Assembly: GCA_963707955.1 (NCBI GenBank)
Contig: OY970176.1
Coordinates: 2,080,001 to 2,144,000, forward strand
Reading direction: 5' to 3'
Origin: Candidatus Bathyarchaeota archaeon
GTDB lineage: Archaea; Thermoproteota; Bathyarchaeia; Bathyarchaeales; Bathycorpusculaceae
DNA: 64,000 bases
This document shows positions 54,794-63,861 of the stretch, piece after piece. Made by a program: the position numbers and the translations under genes. The stretch's first letter is position 1; each line of letters starts with the position of its first letter. The notes under the pieces are model-generated. The model saw only the letters and a list, made by a program, of their open reading frames with translations. It was not told where the DNA came from and did not search any database.

Positions 54794-55136
54794 CTATTGA
54801 AGTGCATCATAGGCGGCGGTGCCCTTGGCCGTACTCGTACCGTCACCCGTGTTTTTTTCCAGCTTTTTCATGAATGTCTCGTCCAAGTTGACTGAAGGGC
54901 ACGCCAATCGGCTAGCATCTAAAACATAGAATATCACGTAAATCAGTTCTTCGCCTATCTTCTCCTCGCTTTCTTCCAAGCGGCATTTGCTTCATGAAGT
55001 TCGATGAGGCCAAAAGCAACTTCTTCAGGATACCCTCAGGCTTATTGCAGAATCCCTTCTCCAGAACAAGCTTCGCTATTTTCTTCGTTTCCACTGCTCG
55101 CATGCCCGTTTCGAAGTCTGTGTAAGGCTTCCGCAC
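54794..55136 (-). pseudogene. Frameshifted MazG-like NTP pyrophosphohydrolase
   Basis: Two overlapping frames: KKIAKLVLEKGF...KKLL and EEKIGEELIYVIFYVLD...LDETFMKKLEKN. Confidence 0.5.
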
Positions 55137-55230
55137 TTCACCTTCAACATCGACTCAAACCCTTATGAGATCTAGTCAGTCGAACCCGATTCGAAAATTA
55201 TAAAGTGAGAAAGTTCCATTACTTTGGCTT

Positions 55231-55977
55231 ATGCGCAAACTCAGAACCGTGGAGCCTGAGCGTGATGCTTTCGGCCAAGAACTCTGGGCCTGCTTCAAGG
55301 GTCAAGACATCTGCGAAATAATCGAGAGGGACGACGGCTACTTCTCCGCCCATCAAAGTCCCAAAGTCTACTTTTCAGAATATCCAGACTGGTCAATCAT
55401 CGAGCAGAAAGCGATGGCCGTCGTCAAGGGCAGAGTCTTAGACATAGGTTGCGGTGCTGGCAGACACGCCTTGTACCTGCAGCAAAAGGGTTTCAGCGTG
55501 GTTGGAGTCGACAGTTCTCGCCTCGCCGTCAAAGTGTGCAAACTGAGGGGGCTAAAGAAAGCCAGAGTAATGTCTCTTGAAAACCTGAGCTTCAAGCCCA
55601 ACACTTTTAGTACGATACTCATGCTCGGCGGCAACTTCGGCCTTATGGGCAACCCTAAGAAAACGCGAAGACTGCTAAAGAAGCTTCGAAGAATAACCAC
55701 CAAGAACGCCATTATCATAGCCGAAACCAGAGACCCCTACAACACGGATAACCCGCTACACCTGAAGTACCACAGGCTGAACAAGAGCAGGGGAAAACTG
55801 AGCGGACAGACAAGGATCAGAGTGAGGTTCGAAAAGACAGTCACCAAATGGATTGAATGGTTAATCGTTTCCAAAGAAGAAATGGAACAGCTCATCAACG
55901 GAACAGGATGGAAAATCAGTCGATTCATAGACTCCGAGAACTCGGGCTACGTAGCCATCTTAGAAAAAGCTACTTAA
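55231..55977 (+). CDS. Class I SAM-dependent methyltransferase
   Basis: VLDIGCGAGRHALYLQ, FSTILMLGGNFG. Confidence 0.88.
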   Translation: MRKLRTVEPERDAFGQELWACFKGQDICEIIERDDGYFSAHQSPKVYFSEYPDWSIIEQKAMAVVKGRVLDIGCGAGRHALYLQQKGFSVVGVDSSRLAVKVCKLRGLKKARVMSLENLSFKPNTFSTILMLGGNFGLMGNPKKTRRLLKKLRRITTKNAIIIAETRDPYNTDNPLHLKYHRLNKSRGKLSGQTRIRVRFEKTVTKWIEWLIVSKEEMEQLINGTGWKISRFIDSENSGYVAILEKAT

Positions 55978-56001
55978 ACAGCAAAAGCTAGCTCGGATTT
56001 T

Positions 56002-56115
56002 TGGCGCCGGGAGTGGGACTTGAACCCGCGCGGCCCAAAAGGGCCACTGGCTCACTTGCTGGGAACAGGTTCCTTTGCCTCAAGGCCAGCGCATTAACCA
56101 CTCTGCCATCCCGGC
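56002..56115 (-). tRNA. tRNA-Ser(TGA) with a 26-nt intron (56,053-56,078) and encoded CCA
   Basis: Reverse complement GCCGGGATGGCAGAGTGGTTAATGCGCTGGCCT-TGA-G[intron]AGCCAG, long variable arm, GGTTCAAGTCCCACTCCCGGCGCCA. Confidence 0.9.
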
Positions 56116-56354
56116 ACTTCTAGTTAGTTACGATTGGTGTTTCTTAAAGCCTTTTGATGGGTGTCTCAATTTGTCAATCTCAATTGTTCTTGTCTTGGAA
56201 AGAAGTGTCTTCTCTGTTCCGAGGCGAGGGCATTTATCCATTTTCCCGTCCAGGTTTAACTAGTTGCATTGGTGTTTCTTAAAATCTCTTCATCGCCTTT
56301 ATGGAAAGTGGGCTTGGCTGTTCTTTGTGGATACAGCAGTTAGAACTACGATGA

Positions 56355-56382
56355 AAAACTTCTAGGGACTCCTTGAAATCTT
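56355..56382. repeat. 28-bp imperfect palindrome; direct repeat at 58,124-58,151
   Basis: aaaacttctagggactccttgaaatctt versus aaaacttctatggagtccctgaaatctt (25/28). Confidence 0.8.
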
Positions 56383-56398
56383 GGTAAATTAGCACTGT

Positions 56399-56890
56399 CT
56401 AAGGGCTTTGCTCAAGTGAATGATAGAAGACGTATTCCTTTGACCCTTTCAAGTATCCTCCTTCTTTGAATCCATGTTTTCGAAATGCGGTCAGTGCTGC
56501 TGGATGATCAGCATAGAACACGAGGTCAGCATAGCCTTTGCTTCTCATGAAGGTTTCAAAGAAATCTAAGAAATCGTTCCCGTAACCCCTTCCCCTAAAC
56601 TTCTCAATCAACCACCATTCATGAAGCTCAACAAAGTCTTTCTTCCTACCAAGAAGTCTCTCCAATGCCTCTCTATCTTCCTTGTCTCTGAAAACACCTT
56701 TCCTGTGTTCTTCAGTGTTGCTTTCATGCCAGACTGCATGACCTACAATCTTGTCATTCTCTCTCCAAACAATGATCTGAGATTTGTCCTTAACTACTGC
56801 ATCCATCAGATGATCGAGGTTTCCATCATAGCCATTCCTACTCCAGTATTCCCTGAACTCCTCTTCATTGCAACCAACATCAAATCTCAA
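56399..56890 (-). CDS. GNAT-family N-acetyltransferase
   Basis: FRGRGYG acetyl-CoA motif; AFRKHGFK. Confidence 0.85.
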   Translation of the reverse strand: MRFDVGCNEEEFREYWSRNGYDGNLDHLMDAVVKDKSQIIVWRENDKIVGHAVWHESNTEEHRKGVFRDKEDREALERLLGRKKDFVELHEWWLIEKFRGRGYGNDFLDFFETFMRSKGYADLVFYADHPAALTAFRKHGFKEGGYLKGSKEYVFYHSLEQSP

Positions 56891-57381
56891 GGACTAGCCA
56901 TCTGCCTATGCCTTTGATTGTTGAGTTTCTGTTCTCTCTTCTTCATTTCATTGTAGAGATATTCAAACCCGTAACCAGTTCTTGGTTCATTGAATCTCTT
57001 CCTGCTACCTTCAAGTATTGGTTTTATTTTTTCCCATGTGGCTTCGACTTGTCCACGTGCAAAAGGTAGTAGGTCAATGTCTATGAGTCTCTTCTTTACA
57101 AGTCTTCCAGCCAACTCAAAGAACACAAATACTTCATTAATCTCAACAAATCCATATTTTTCTTTGTAATCATCATAGTCCAAGGTCTCTCTATCTCGGA
57201 CTTTCATCCATGCCTCCAGCCAATCCTTGCTACCTGCAGTCGAAAACAGTCTAACCAAAAGGTCTGACTGTCTCTCCTTGACCAGATGTCTAAGCTCTAA
57301 AACAGTCAGAACGACACCTACTAACACACCTATAGCTGCTACAATTGCTGAAATAGAGGGTATATCCAACATCTGAGTCAC
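56887..57381 (-). CDS. Single-TM protein (DUF4760-like)
   Basis: N-terminal TM, then FFELAGRLVKKRLID...GFEYLYNEM. Confidence 0.6.
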   Translation of the reverse strand: MTQMLDIPSISAIVAAIGVLVGVVLTVLELRHLVKERQSDLLVRLFSTAGSKDWLEAWMKVRDRETLDYDDYKEKYGFVEINEVFVFFELAGRLVKKRLIDIDLLPFARGQVEATWEKIKPILEGSRKRFNEPRTGYGFEYLYNEMKKREQKLNNQRHRQMASP

Positions 57382-57500
57382 TCAAGAAATCAAATCTAGT
57401 GGAATTAGTATTAAAGACTACATCCTAAGCTATGAATAGAATATCAGACAGAAAAGGAGTTCAATCATAGCTTAGTATGTTAATAACAGACAGAATCTTT

Positions 57501-58034
57501 CTACTTCTTTTCAATTCTTGTCAGTATTTTTGGTTCTTTCCACTCTTCTCTGAGAATGCTATATAGGCAGGAATCTCTTAATTCTCCATAGTAGAAGGCA
57601 TTTTTCCGAACTACTCCTTCCTTTTTGAAACCTGCTTTTCCCAAGACCTTTTGTGAAACTTCATTTCTCACATCAGTATGGGCTTGGATACGTGCTATGT
57701 TCTTTGAAAGAAACAGGTAGTCAACCATTATCATTACAGTTTCAGAACAGTAGCCTTTCTTCCTTTCACTTGACAGTATAGCATAGCCTATCTCCTGTGC
57801 CTTTCCCACTGGTCTATGACTTATACTGCCGACTTTGCTGCCATCCTTCTTCTCTATGAAGAACCATCTCTCCTCAGGAGACAGGTTTTCATACATCTTC
57901 TGCAATTCTGCCTTCGAAATTTGCATAAGAGGATTGTACTCACCGAAATAGTCAAGTTTGTTTAGCCATTCAGCAGCTAATGAAAGGTCCTCCTTTTCAG
58001 CAATCCTCAGATTTACAGTCTTACCCTCAAGCAA
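57501..58034 (-). CDS. RimJ/RimL-type GNAT acetyltransferase
   Basis: EIGYAI, RKKGY, NEVSQKVLGKAGFKKEG, YSILREEW. Confidence 0.9.
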   Translation of the reverse strand: MLEGKTVNLRIAEKEDLSLAAEWLNKLDYFGEYNPLMQISKAELQKMYENLSPEERWFFIEKKDGSKVGSISHRPVGKAQEIGYAILSSERKKGYCSETVMIMVDYLFLSKNIARIQAHTDVRNEVSQKVLGKAGFKKEGVVRKNAFYYGELRDSCLYSILREEWKEPKILTRIEKK

Positions 58035-58297
58035 TCTGAATCATCACACGTTTCATTGAATGTTTCAGTTCTTATGGTTTGTGATTAACCACTCTAGGCT
58101 TAAATCAACTAAATCTTCAGTGGAAAACTTCTATGGAGTCCCTGAAATCTTCAGTCATTGGATGAAAAAAAGCCTAAGCATAGTTAATAATCTAACAGCT
58201 TTCTCATATCCCTCTTTCAGCCTGACTAGAGCCTTCTATATGACAAGGTATAAACACTTAAACATCCAATGATATTTATCGACTGCAGACGATAGTA

Positions 58298-58897
58298 ATG
58301 AAGTCATGGTTAGTTCGCCATGCATGGCAAATGGCGGCAGTTGTTATTTTAATCATCTATGTATTTTTCGTCATTAACTTTCTACCTATTCCTGGAGCAA
58401 TAACTGAGACCCCTGCCCTTCCGAATTATATGCCTTACTCTGGGCAATACATGACTTTGGAAGAGAATGTTAGTGATTCTCAGAATCTGACATATTTTGT
58501 TGCTGGAGACTTGGCGATTTTTTCATTCAACATAACTAACACAGCCAACCAACCCGCTACGTTTAATTACAATAGCTCAGCCACATATGTTAATTATTAT
58601 GGGCAACCTAGAAATTTCACCTTGAATCCTTATCAAAGTGAGAACTTCACAGAAGAATTTCCTCTTTCTGAAGGAAGCAATGGTTTTAGTTTTCAAATCA
58701 TTCAAACGATGGGAGATATAACGGGTCAGTATGATATTGGCCCCCAAATTCTTCAGGCTGTCAGCCCTTCATATGAACTTTCTTTTTTTGTAAGTCAAAC
58801 AACCCTCGTATTGACAATAATCCTTGGAATACCAGCAATAATTTATGGCGTTAAGGAATTCAGAGAATTAGGGAGAAAGAAACCGAGTAGTGAATGA
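58298..58897 (+). CDS. Hypothetical membrane-anchored extracellular protein
   Basis: N- and C-terminal TM helices around a beta-rich, NxT-containing domain. Confidence 0.7.
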   Translation: MKSWLVRHAWQMAAVVILIIYVFFVINFLPIPGAITETPALPNYMPYSGQYMTLEENVSDSQNLTYFVAGDLAIFSFNITNTANQPATFNYNSSATYVNYYGQPRNFTLNPYQSENFTEEFPLSEGSNGFSFQIIQTMGDITGQYDIGPQILQAVSPSYELSFFVSQTTLVLTIILGIPAIIYGVKEFRELGRKKPSSE

Positions 58898-58942
58898 AAA
58901 CTCTGTTTGTTTTCCCCCACACTCATTTTTGAACCCCTAGTT

Positions 58943-58975
58943 TGTCTTCTCTTGCTGTGCAGATTTAAGATTTCT
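58943..58975. repeat. Recurrent intergenic motif ctgtgcagatttaagatttct (also at 59,759-59,779; variant at 61,220-61,250)
   Basis: 21 bp identical in two spacers; ttgtcttct(c/g)ttgctgtgcagattt shared by copies 1 and 3. Confidence 0.85.
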
Positions 58976-59102
58976 GTACGGTATGGCTTAGGTTGGAGAA
59001 TCTCCATCATTGTATTTGCTTCTAGAACAGTTTTTCACAAAGTCTATAATCAATAGAGACTACAACAAATAGCGTGTTCTAGAGGGGAAAGGAGGTGATA
59101 TT

Positions 59103-59696
59103 ATGATCAGAAAGGATGTTGTTATTGCAATCCTGGTTACTTTCTGTTTGACAGCAACGCTGTTCTTGGTGAAACCCATAGAAAGTCAGACTGCAGGGCA
59201 ATATGACCCTAACCTTGATGTCCTTCATCAAGGTGTAATTAACATGGGAGATATCGTGGCAGTATTAAGAGCTTTTGGCAGTTCAGGAGACCCAACAATG
59301 AATGTGAGTGTGACAAACTGGCCAACGACAATCCAGACAATACCTGCTACCAACAGCACAAGATATGTCTTTATTAACCCTACTTTCAATATTTCCACTC
59401 CTTATGAGGCCTTACCAGCAATAGACACAAAAGGATATAGGAAAATCTATTTCTACCTCACAGGCGGTCCTTCTAACTATATATGCAATCTCACAATTGG
59501 ATGGCGTACTCAAGGAGCATTCAATTCCAGCAGTCAAGATTGGTGGGGCCAGATTGAGCATTATGAGGATAGAGAAACTGGGATTTATGGAAGTGCTTGG
59601 AGAGAGTTTGACATCAAAGGAGAGACTATGATAATCATACTAGGAGACACTATGGGAACCCAATCGTATGAAGTAAGTTACTACATGACAGGGTAG
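59103..59696 (+). CDS. Secreted protein with a single dockerin-like half-repeat
   Basis: GGAGGTGA SD; signal peptide; YDPNLDVLHQGVINMGDIVAVLRAFGSSG. Confidence 0.7.
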   Translation: MIRKDVVIAILVTFCLTATLFLVKPIESQTAGQYDPNLDVLHQGVINMGDIVAVLRAFGSSGDPTMNVSVTNWPTTIQTIPATNSTRYVFINPTFNISTPYEALPAIDTKGYRKIYFYLTGGPSNYICNLTIGWRTQGAFNSSSQDWWGQIEHYEDRETGIYGSAWREFDIKGETMIIILGDTMGTQSYEVSYYMTG

Positions 59697-59804
59697 TAAC
59701 TTCATCCATTCTTCTTTTATCAACAAAGCAGAAGTCAAACTGCCAGAGAACATGAAAACTGTGCAGATTTAAGATTTCTATCTTGATTCTGTCAGAGCCT
59801 ATTC

Positions 59805-61175
59805 TCAATTCCAAATGGAAAAGCTTGTGAGAAAGTCATTTGATTCTGTAGTTAGATAAAGAGTATAGACTCCTTTGTCAAATTGAGCAAAGGCAGGGGA
59901 AAGGTCAAAATCTATCTGAAAGTTTTGTCCTGTTTGGCTCCACGTTCTGGCAGTTATGGTAATGCCTTCTGGTGATTTCCATCCTGAAGGGACAGCCATG
60001 GCAACGAAGGTTCCAGAGTCATAACTGCCGCTATAAGGAGCATTTGTCAATTGTTGGGTTGTCAGATTTCCGATTCTGTCGTAGTAGATTGCGACATTTG
60101 AAATTGATAACCCTGATTGCATGATGGTTCCCGCCATAATCATTTCGTTATCAGAACAGCTCAAATTTGACCATACAATGTAGTCGTCCTCGAAATCCTC
60201 AACCAAGTACAAGTTGTTGCTGTCATAGGCTATTCCAATGTTTACCTTATTGTGAAACGCATCAATGATGTTGTCTCTGTGTCCCCAATTCCACTGTGAG
60301 TCTTCCTCCATCATTTGCCATTCTAGGCTTTCTATGCCTTCTTTCACGTCAAACGAACCACTAGTGGACAGCCATGCGATGTTTTCGTCAACTGAACCGT
60401 TTCCTCCAGACAGCGTGTATCTCATATATGGTTTGTAGCCCTGAGTGTCATAATGGCTGAAATAATTGTTCTTAAGCATGTCGTCAGCATGTTGTTGAGC
60501 TGAATATACAGAGCTGAGACTCACATTCTGTGGATAATTCTCTCCAATTGGCAGAACCCACTCGTCTATCGTTCCGTTTGGATTAGTTACAAACCCATTT
60601 CTGTCAGAGTTAATTAGAAACAACGTATAGTTTACCAGTTCTTCATGACTGTAATTGCTTGGCGAATAATTGCTTGGAGAAAAAGGGTTATTTCGCAAGA
60701 AGTTCGGAAACGAAAACCACAAGAAAGCACCTATTATTACAACTGCTAGAATAAGACCGACCACTTTCCCAACTGGAAAACGTCTTCGTGTTTTTGGCTT
60801 TCCAGAAGATTCTATTTTGTCTCTAGGTTCTGTATCGCCATTCGGATATGCTTTAGCAGTTTCAGGTTCTATGTAGCCATAGGGAAATGCTTTGGATTGA
60901 ACATACTTATCTCCACATTCTTTGCACTGAAAAGTCATTGTGATAGCGTCATAACCTGTCATTTTGCTTGATTGAGAACCACAGTTTGGGCAGACCCCAA
61001 ATTGAAGAGTATTAGCATTTACAAGTTTTTTGTGTCGATACCAAAACTTCGAATCTTCTGGTAACTTATTGCATTCGTGGCTTTCTGGTAGCCTATGCTC
61101 ATCGCAGAAAACCTTGCCACAATAAGTGCAAGTGAAAGGAAGAACAACTTCCTTCCCACATTGTTCACATTTCAT
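59805..61175 (-). CDS. AN1-type Zn-finger / TM / CAP (SCP)-domain protein
   Basis: CEQC...PFTCTYCGKVFCDEHRLPESHEC; AQQHADDML..YFSH, ENIA, GHRDNII, IGIA. Confidence 0.85.
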   Translation of the reverse strand: MKCEQCGKEVVLPFTCTYCGKVFCDEHRLPESHECNKLPEDSKFWYRHKKLVNANTLQFGVCPNCGSQSSKMTGYDAITMTFQCKECGDKYVQSKAFPYGYIEPETAKAYPNGDTEPRDKIESSGKPKTRRRFPVGKVVGLILAVVIIGAFLWFSFPNFLRNNPFSPSNYSPSNYSHEELVNYTLFLINSDRNGFVTNPNGTIDEWVLPIGENYPQNVSLSSVYSAQQHADDMLKNNYFSHYDTQGYKPYMRYTLSGGNGSVDENIAWLSTSGSFDVKEGIESLEWQMMEEDSQWNWGHRDNIIDAFHNKVNIGIAYDSNNLYLVEDFEDDYIVWSNLSCSDNEMIMAGTIMQSGLSISNVAIYYDRIGNLTTQQLTNAPYSGSYDSGTFVAMAVPSGWKSPEGITITARTWSQTGQNFQIDFDLSPAFAQFDKGVYTLYLTTESNDFLTSFSIWN

Positions 61176-61256
61176 CGCTATCTAGTAAAACCTTAGATTC
61201 TCCTTAAATAATAGCCTTATTGTCTTCTGTTGCTGTGCAGATTTGAGGCTCTCTTA

Positions 61257-61781
61257 TTAGCTTCTTTGACAGTTCTTTCTGTAATATGCCTTCTCAATAT
61301 CTCGTGTGAACACACCGCATTTCTTGGCTTCTTTCCTAAGAACCGTTAGAAGTTTTACATATTCATCAGTAGTGTAATCTGGTCTTTCCCCAAAAAGTTC
61401 TTGATAAATATGAAAATCAAACACACAATAATTTTCTGGGTCATAGAAAGCAAGTATCACGCTAGCAACTGCAACACCTATTCCTTTTTTGAAGCTACGC
61501 AAAAGTTCAATGCGTTCATAGTCGTGGTCTACATCTAAGTTGAAGACACGAGTAGACTTTTCTTTGAGGGCTTGTTCATTGATGCCCTTAATGAGTCTCA
61601 ATTCGTTTGCCCTTATTCTGCCGTCACAATCAAACTTCCACGGTATTATTTCTTCGAGTTGAGATTTCGTCAGAGTCTTTGTCGCTCTTAGTTGGTCACC
61701 TATCTCTTTTTCTTTCTCTATTTCACTTTTCCATTCTTTATTATGTTCATCACGCAACTTGATGATTTCCGAGCAATTCAT
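61257..61781 (-). CDS. Hypothetical HhH-glycosylase-like protein
   Basis: IIPWK...KGIGVAVASVILAFYDPENYCVFD...RDIEKA resembles HhH plus a conserved Asp. Confidence 0.5.
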   Translation of the reverse strand: MNCSEIIKLRDEHNKEWKSEIEKEKEIGDQLRATKTLTKSQLEEIIPWKFDCDGRIRANELRLIKGINEQALKEKSTRVFNLDVDHDYERIELLRSFKKGIGVAVASVILAFYDPENYCVFDFHIYQELFGERPDYTTDEYVKLLTVLRKEAKKCGVFTRDIEKAYYRKNCQRS

Positions 61782-61887
61782 CAGTTCATCTCACACTTAG
61801 TCTTATTAGAAAAATGTTTCTCACAGGCTTTTGTTGGTTGTTTTCCGTGTTTCTCTGTTCTGCACTTTCAACCTAACTCGAAACATA

Positions 61888-62328
61888 TCAAGGCTTCTGT
61901 CTTTCCATTTCAAGTTCTTTTTTGATTTCTTCTTTGAGTTTTTCTCTCTCTAGGGTTCTTTGATATCGTTTTCCTGCATAGTGTACGACGAGACCAAAAA
62001 GAAGAAGTAGCGCTGAAAAGAAGCCAGCAAAGAAAACCCCTATAATCATATAATTGAAACTTCCCCAATACCAAAGGAGATTGTTCATAACATGATTGTG
62101 AAAATCCAAATAATTAGTCCAAGCGAAATAGGCAGATAGAAGGACCACTAATGCAAGAATAATGGAAAGAAGTACCATTTGAGGAATGAATTTTCTATCG
62201 TTCGAGCGAGGAGCGGGAGGAGGAGGGATAGCCAAACTTTTAACCTCAATAAATCCTTTATCATTTTCTATAGTTTGTTTACCGCTTATAGCATTTCTGC
62301 AATTAAATGCATTGCATTCCTTCTTCAT
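61888..62328 (-). CDS. Hypothetical two-TM membrane protein
   Basis: Two hydrophobic helices and a charged C-terminus. Confidence 0.6.
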   Translation of the reverse strand: MKKECNAFNCRNAISGKQTIENDKGFIEVKSLAIPPPPAPRSNDRKFIPQMVLLSIILALVVLLSAYFAWTNYLDFHNHVMNNLLWYWGSFNYMIIGVFFAGFFSALLLLFGLVVHYAGKRYQRTLEREKLKEEIKKELEMERQKP

Positions 62329-62596
62329 AGCTTCATGTTCTACACTTTCGACATATTCTTTATCATGTCTGATTGATCGATCTTCGATTTGTTATGTTAA
62401 GAATAAGCCTGATTTGAAGAATTGAGTGTCCAGGACACCTTTTTAGACTTAGGGAGATCTTGAAATGAAGCCTTTGATGCTGAAATTAGAAAAAGTGTCC
62501 AGGATTCCAATTGCACTGTGAAAGCCATTGACCCAATTGACCTAAAGAACATTGACCTAAAACTCTTAAATAACAGCTCCTCAAGTGAAAATACGA

Positions 62597-62674
62597 GGGC
62601 CGGTAGTCTAGCTCGGTTAGGACATCTGCTTGACGTGCAGAAGGTCGCCGGTTCGAGTCCGGTCCGGCCCACCA
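62597..62674 (+). tRNA. tRNA-Val(GAC), encoded CCA
   Basis: GGGCCGGTAGTCTAGCTCGGTTAGGACATCTGCTT-GAC-GTGCAGAAGGTCGCCGGTTCGAGTCCGGTCCGGCCCACCA; TATA-like cttaaata upstream. Confidence 0.96.
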
Positions 62675-62894
62675 AAACATGACCCAAGACGTTTCATCTG
62701 ATTTTGAACACGATTTGGCAACTGAAGAAACATGGATACGCTGAATCCACGTTGAAGGCTTATGATTCCCAAATTATCCGTCAACGCTAATTCTGGCTCG
62801 TTTAATAGGTATCCAAGCCTTTCTGCCAAGAACGATCTGGAGGTTGCAAGCTTAATTAACGACGTTTGCATGTCAGAATCTTGGGGCTAAGACT

Positions 62895-63815
62895 ATGCCT
62901 AGACTTGTGTTGGATGGGATTTTTGTGCCTCACGTGACACCTTTCAGGCTTGGAGGTCAACTCGACATCAACGCACTGCGGGAATGTGTGAGGTTTTGGC
63001 TGCAAAGCGGCGTCTCAGGATTAGTTCCTTGTGGAAGCAACGGCGAAGCTCCTTACCTTTCTCGGCAAGAAAGAAAAAAGGTCGTTGAAACCGTTCTCGA
63101 CGAGGCCAACGGAAAGGTTCCGGTAGTCGCGGGCACGGGTAGCATGAGCACGCAGGAAACTATCGCCTTAACCAAGGATGCGGCTGACTTAGGCGTGGAT
63201 GCTGCCCTAATAGTGACACCGTTCTATTTCAGACTCACAAACAGAGAAATTCATGAACACTACAGAACAGTCTGTCAAGCCGTGGACCTTCCGATTGTTG
63301 TTTACAACGTTCCAAAGTTCACAGGCTTTTCTCTGGAACCGGCTTCTATTCAGAAACTCTCGTCTGAAAATCAGAGCATAATGGGAGTGAAGGAAAGCAG
63401 CGGAAGCCTTGGCACGATAAGCGAGGTCATAAGATTGCTGGGTAACAGGCTTTCAGTCCTAGCTGGCACAGCCGACGTTGCGCTTCCGACACTTCTAGCT
63501 GGAGGCAGAGGCGCGGTTATAGCAGTTGCAAACGTGTTCCCAACATTGTGCAGTCGAATGTACGCGGCTTTCAAGAATGGCCAATACGAAGAGGCAAGCA
63601 GACTGCAAAACCGCATAACCTTTGCAAACGAGGTGCTTGTTAGAAGAGTTAACCAACTCTCAGCTATCAAAGAAGCGATGAGACTGAACGGAATGCCCGG
63701 CGGCTACCCTCGCAGACCAGCGTTACCGTTAAATGGAGAGGAAAAGAAAACTGTTGAAGCTTTGCTGAAGGAAATAGACGACCCTTCAAATGCACGCGGT
63801 CACCAAAACAGATAA
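62895..63815 (+). CDS. dapA: Dihydrodipicolinate synthase-family aldolase
   Basis: GSNGE, AGTGS, VVYNVP, GVKESSG (Schiff-base Lys). Confidence 0.85.
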   Translation: MPRLVLDGIFVPHVTPFRLGGQLDINALRECVRFWLQSGVSGLVPCGSNGEAPYLSRQERKKVVETVLDEANGKVPVVAGTGSMSTQETIALTKDAADLGVDAALIVTPFYFRLTNREIHEHYRTVCQAVDLPIVVYNVPKFTGFSLEPASIQKLSSENQSIMGVKESSGSLGTISEVIRLLGNRLSVLAGTADVALPTLLAGGRGAVIAVANVFPTLCSRMYAAFKNGQYEEASRLQNRITFANEVLVRRVNQLSAIKEAMRLNGMPGGYPRRPALPLNGEEKKTVEALLKEIDDPSNARGHQNR

Positions 63816-63861
63816 GAACTCGTGTATGAACCAACACTGCGTTAAACGGGTGTGAAAAGCT

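Noticed and set aside
48026-56115. tRNA introns as a novelty
   Set aside because: Both are at the canonical 37/38 position, which is ordinary for archaea
56355-61250. CRISPR array or classical integron attC array
   Set aside because: Repeats are separated by whole genes (0.8-1.8 kb), lack attC R/L boxes, and no cas or intI gene is present
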